Origin: Patescibacteria group bacterium
Lineage (GTDB): Bacteria > Patescibacteriota > Gracilibacteria > UBA4473
DNA: 64,000 bases
Assembly: GCA_965660445.1 (NCBI GenBank)
Contig: CBFIAK010000001.1
Coordinates: 192,001-256,000, forward strand
Direction: 5' to 3'
In this document: in pieces, positions 61,573-64,000 of the stretch
Position numbering within the stretch: the first letter of the stretch is position 1
How the letters are laid out: each line of letters begins with the position of its first letter
Notes under the pieces: generated by a model
The model's database searches: none
The model's input: only the letters and a program-made list of their open reading frames with translations
What the model was told of the DNA's origin: nothing
Program-made: the position numbers and the translations under genes

Positions 61573-62124
61573 TTATTTTTTAGAAACAGATTTACCAGCT
61601 TTTCGAAGAATGTATTCTCCTTGGTATCGAATCCCTTTTCCTTTATAGGGTTCTGGTTTTTTGTATGACCGAATTTCAGCAGCCACTTGCCCAACCAATT
61701 GTTTGTCAGTTCCAGAAATCGTAAATACCGTTTGGCTTTTTTCCGCAAAAGTAACAGTTATTCCCTGTGGAATTGCGTGATTGACTACATGTGAGAACCC
61801 AAGATAGAGTTCTACCATGTCGCCTTTTACCGATCCTCGATATCCCACTCCTTTGATTTCAAGTGTCTTTTCAAATCCTTTCGTTACACCTTCAAACATA
61901 TTCGCAATAAGACTTCTGTAAAGACCATGACGAGCACGTGACGCCTGACTTTCATCAATTGGAGACACAGTGACTATTTGGTTTTCTTGTGTCACACGAA
62001 CCAATGCTGGTTCGTATTGTTGCACAAGCTCTCCTTTGGGTCCTTTTGCTTTTAATATATCAGCTTCAATGGTGAGTGTTACACCAGAAGGGATTGAAAT
62101 CGGTAGTTTTCCTATTCGAGACAT
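61573..62124 (-). CDS. rplF: 50S ribosomal protein L6
   Basis: MSRIGKLPI, KGPKG, PEPYKGKGIRY. Confidence 0.98.
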   Translation of the reverse strand: MSRIGKLPISIPSGVTLTIEADILKAKGPKGELVQQYEPALVRVTQENQIVTVSPIDESQASRARHGLYRSLIANMFEGVTKGFEKTLEIKGVGYRGSVKGDMVELYLGFSHVVNHAIPQGITVTFAEKSQTVFTISGTDKQLVGQVAAEIRSYKKPEPYKGKGIRYQGEYILRKAGKSVSKK

Positions 62125-62154
62125 GAAATGTAAGAATTAAATCGATAATGAAAA

Positions 62155-62529
62155 TTAACTAATATCACACAGGTATTCTCCGCCAATGTTTTTTGATCGT
62201 GCTTCGTATCCAGTCATAACCCCTTGTGAGGTAGAAATAATAGAAATACCAAACCCATTCAATACTTTTCGAATTTCACCCGCTTTTATATATATACGTT
62301 GTCCACAATGAGAAACTCGAGTCAAAGTGAGTTTTCGTGGAGTCAATTCAAGTACAAGTTCTGGAAATTGACCACTTTCATCTTTTTGAGCCGATGATAT
62401 GAAATTATTTTTCTGCATAACGAGTGCCATTTCGTGTTTTACACGAGAATATGGTAATCGCACAGTGGTTTTTCGCGCACCTTGTGCGTTTCGTATACGA
62501 GTCAGAAAGTCAGCAATTGGATCTACCAT
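62155..62529 (-). CDS. rpsH: 30S ribosomal protein S8
   Basis: Start MVDPIADFLTRIRNA; IISTSQGVMT, GGE. Confidence 0.96.
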   Translation of the reverse strand: MVDPIADFLTRIRNAQGARKTTVRLPYSRVKHEMALVMQKNNFISSAQKDESGQFPELVLELTPRKLTLTRVSHCGQRIYIKAGEIRKVLNGFGISIISTSQGVMTGYEARSKNIGGEYLCDIS

Positions 62530-62573
62530 AAGAGTTATGAAAAATAATAAGTATAAAACAAAATAAAGTGTGT

Positions 62574-62798
62574 CTACCAAGACGATTTTCGAAGTCCTGG
62601 AATTTGTGCTTTTTCAGCGTATTCTCGGAAACAACATCGACAAATACCAAAATCTCGCAAGAATCCGCGAGGACGACCACATAACGCACATCGGTTATAT
62701 GCTCGTGTAGAATTTGGAATTGCTCGTCCTTCTTTTTTTGCGAGAAGGTATCGTTCCATAAGTTTTTGTTGTTTGACGACGATTGCTTTTCTTGCCAT
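62574..62798 (-). CDS. rpsN: 30S ribosomal protein S14 (Zn-binding type)
   Basis: [29 protein letters not shown]. Confidence 0.95.
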   Translation of the reverse strand: MARKAIVVKQQKLMERYLLAKKEGRAIPNSTRAYNRCALCGRPRGFLRDFGICRCCFREYAEKAQIPGLRKSSW

Positions 62799-62801
62799 GG
62801 A

Positions 62802-63362
62802 TTATTTCTTTTTAAAAGGAAATTGAAGAGCCTCTAACAAGGCTTCTGATTGTTTTTTATCTTTTGTAGACGTCACGATTGTTACTTGCAATCCGTGAAT
62901 GTGTTTTGAGTCTTCCGGTTGTACTCCTTCAGGAAACACTGTGTGATCAGCAAACCCGAGAGAAATATTCGCATTTGCATCAAAAATGTTTCGTGAAACC
63001 CCTCGGAAATCTCGAACCCGTGGATAAGTGATGTGAATCAATTTGTGTAAAAAATTGTAAGCCTCTTTTCCTCGGAGTGTCACAGAAACCCCAACAGGGT
63101 TTCCTTCTCGAAGTTTGAAATTCGAAACAGAAAGTTTTGCTTTGCGTATAACTGGTTTTCGCCCAGTAATCGCTTCAATATTTTTCTCAACAAAAGTATG
63201 ATCTTTCTTCCCAACTTTTTGAAGATACGAACCCATACCAACGTTCACACAAATTTTTTCAATTTTAGGAACATTCATAAGGTTTGAGATATTCAAATCT
63301 TTTTGAAGTTTTGATCGAACCTCATTCACATACGTGTCGTATAATGGTGAAATAACAGTCAT
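62802..63362 (-). CDS. rplE: 50S ribosomal protein L5
   Basis: VPKIEKICVNVG, FKLREG, PRVRDFRG. Confidence 0.97.
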   Translation of the reverse strand: MTVISPLYDTYVNEVRSKLQKDLNISNLMNVPKIEKICVNVGMGSYLQKVGKKDHTFVEKNIEAITGRKPVIRKAKLSVSNFKLREGNPVGVSVTLRGKEAYNFLHKLIHITYPRVRDFRGVSRNIFDANANISLGFADHTVFPEGVQPEDSKHIHGLQVTIVTSTKDKKQSEALLEALQFPFKKK

Positions 63363-63367
63363 TCTTA

Positions 63368-63739
63368 TTATTTAGATTTAGAAGATTTTTTTACAGCAGG
63401 TTTTTCTGCTTTTTCTTTTGAAGCTATTACGCCCTTGGTAACAACCTCACCAGATCGAACCGCTACACGAACTTTTTCTCCACTTTGTTTTTCGTATCGA
63501 ATACGTGTTGGTTTACCAGTTTTAGGATCTACAACTGCCACATTTGAGATATGAATAGGAGCTGAAAATTCAACTCGGTCACCTGCTTGCCCATTACGAG
63601 CTTTTACATGTTTTGTTTTTAAATTAATTCCCTCAAGAGTAACGGTGTTATTTTTTTGAGATATTTTTGATACAACCCCTGTTTTACCACGGTCTTTTCC
63701 TGTGAGAACAATAACGGAATCTTGAATTCGAATTTTCAT
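63368..63739 (-). CDS. rplX: 50S ribosomal protein L24
   Basis: [11 protein letters not shown] motif, APIHISNV. Confidence 0.95.
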   Translation of the reverse strand: MKIRIQDSVIVLTGKDRGKTGVVSKISQKNNTVTLEGINLKTKHVKARNGQAGDRVEFSAPIHISNVAVVDPKTGKPTRIRYEKQSGEKVRVAVRSGEVVTKGVIASKEKAEKPAVKKSSKSK

Positions 63740-64000
63740 AATACTTCAGGCGCTAATGAGATAATCTTTTGAAACCCTTTTGCACGAATTTCTCGAGAAA
63801 TCGGACCAAATACACGAGTTCCCTTTGGTTGGTTGTCGTTATTCACAATAACAACGGCGTTGTCATCAAAGCGAATCATTGATCCGTCTGCTCGCTTAAT
63901 AGGAGAAATCTGACGCACCACAACTGCTTTTTGAATAGATTTCTTTTTCACTACTCCTTTTGGAGCCGCTTCTTTCACAGAAACCACAATAACATCTCCA
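63736..64000 (-). CDS. rplN: 50S ribosomal protein L14 (5' part lies outside the window)
   Basis: [27 protein letters not shown]. Confidence 0.95.
   Translation of the reverse strand, partial: GDVIVVSVKEAAPKGVVKKKSIQKAVVVRQISPIKRADGSMIRFDDNAVVIVNNDNQPKGTRVFGPISREIRAKGFQKIISLAPEVL

Overview
A low-GC bacterial chromosome segment. It is most consistent with a Patescibacteria (CPR) genome of the Gracilibacteria/Peregrinibacteria-like group using standard code 11; this is inferred from the missing rpmD, near-absence of Shine-Dalgarno sites, an SLH S-layer, a baseplate-J-like gene and a VirB4/TraG-like ATPase. Housekeeping content includes rpoC-rpsL-rpsG, gltX, miaB, gap, glyA, murA/C/D, tuf, obgE, rplY, recJ, efp, ruvC, part of the spc operon and three tRNAs (Tyr, fMet, Leu). 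There are also two large Cys-rich surface proteins with Fib_succ_major-like domains and an S-layer gene. The most striking signal is a REP-associated tyrosine (HUH/Y1) transposase at 19907-20503 together with a dispersed, modular repeat family at seven intergenic loci plus one lone palindrome. Its modules are a loop-less GGAGACCGGTCTCC palindrome (8 copies, up to 38 bp), a 30-bp AATCACAAGG..CTTGTGATT hairpin (9 copies), a GAGCGC..GCGCTC end palindrome, and 6-, 7- and 9-mer tandem arrays. The family shows an inverted ~330-bp two-palindrome unit, a copy that is fused at the palindrome and lacks the spacer, inverted copies bracketing glyA, and an embedded ~230-nt rod-like RNA candidate. Several normally conserved operon junctions are broken (rpoB|rpoC, rpsG|fusA|tuf, rplO|secY), one of them exactly at a repeat copy. 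All calls were made by eye from the sequence and the ORF track; no searches were run.
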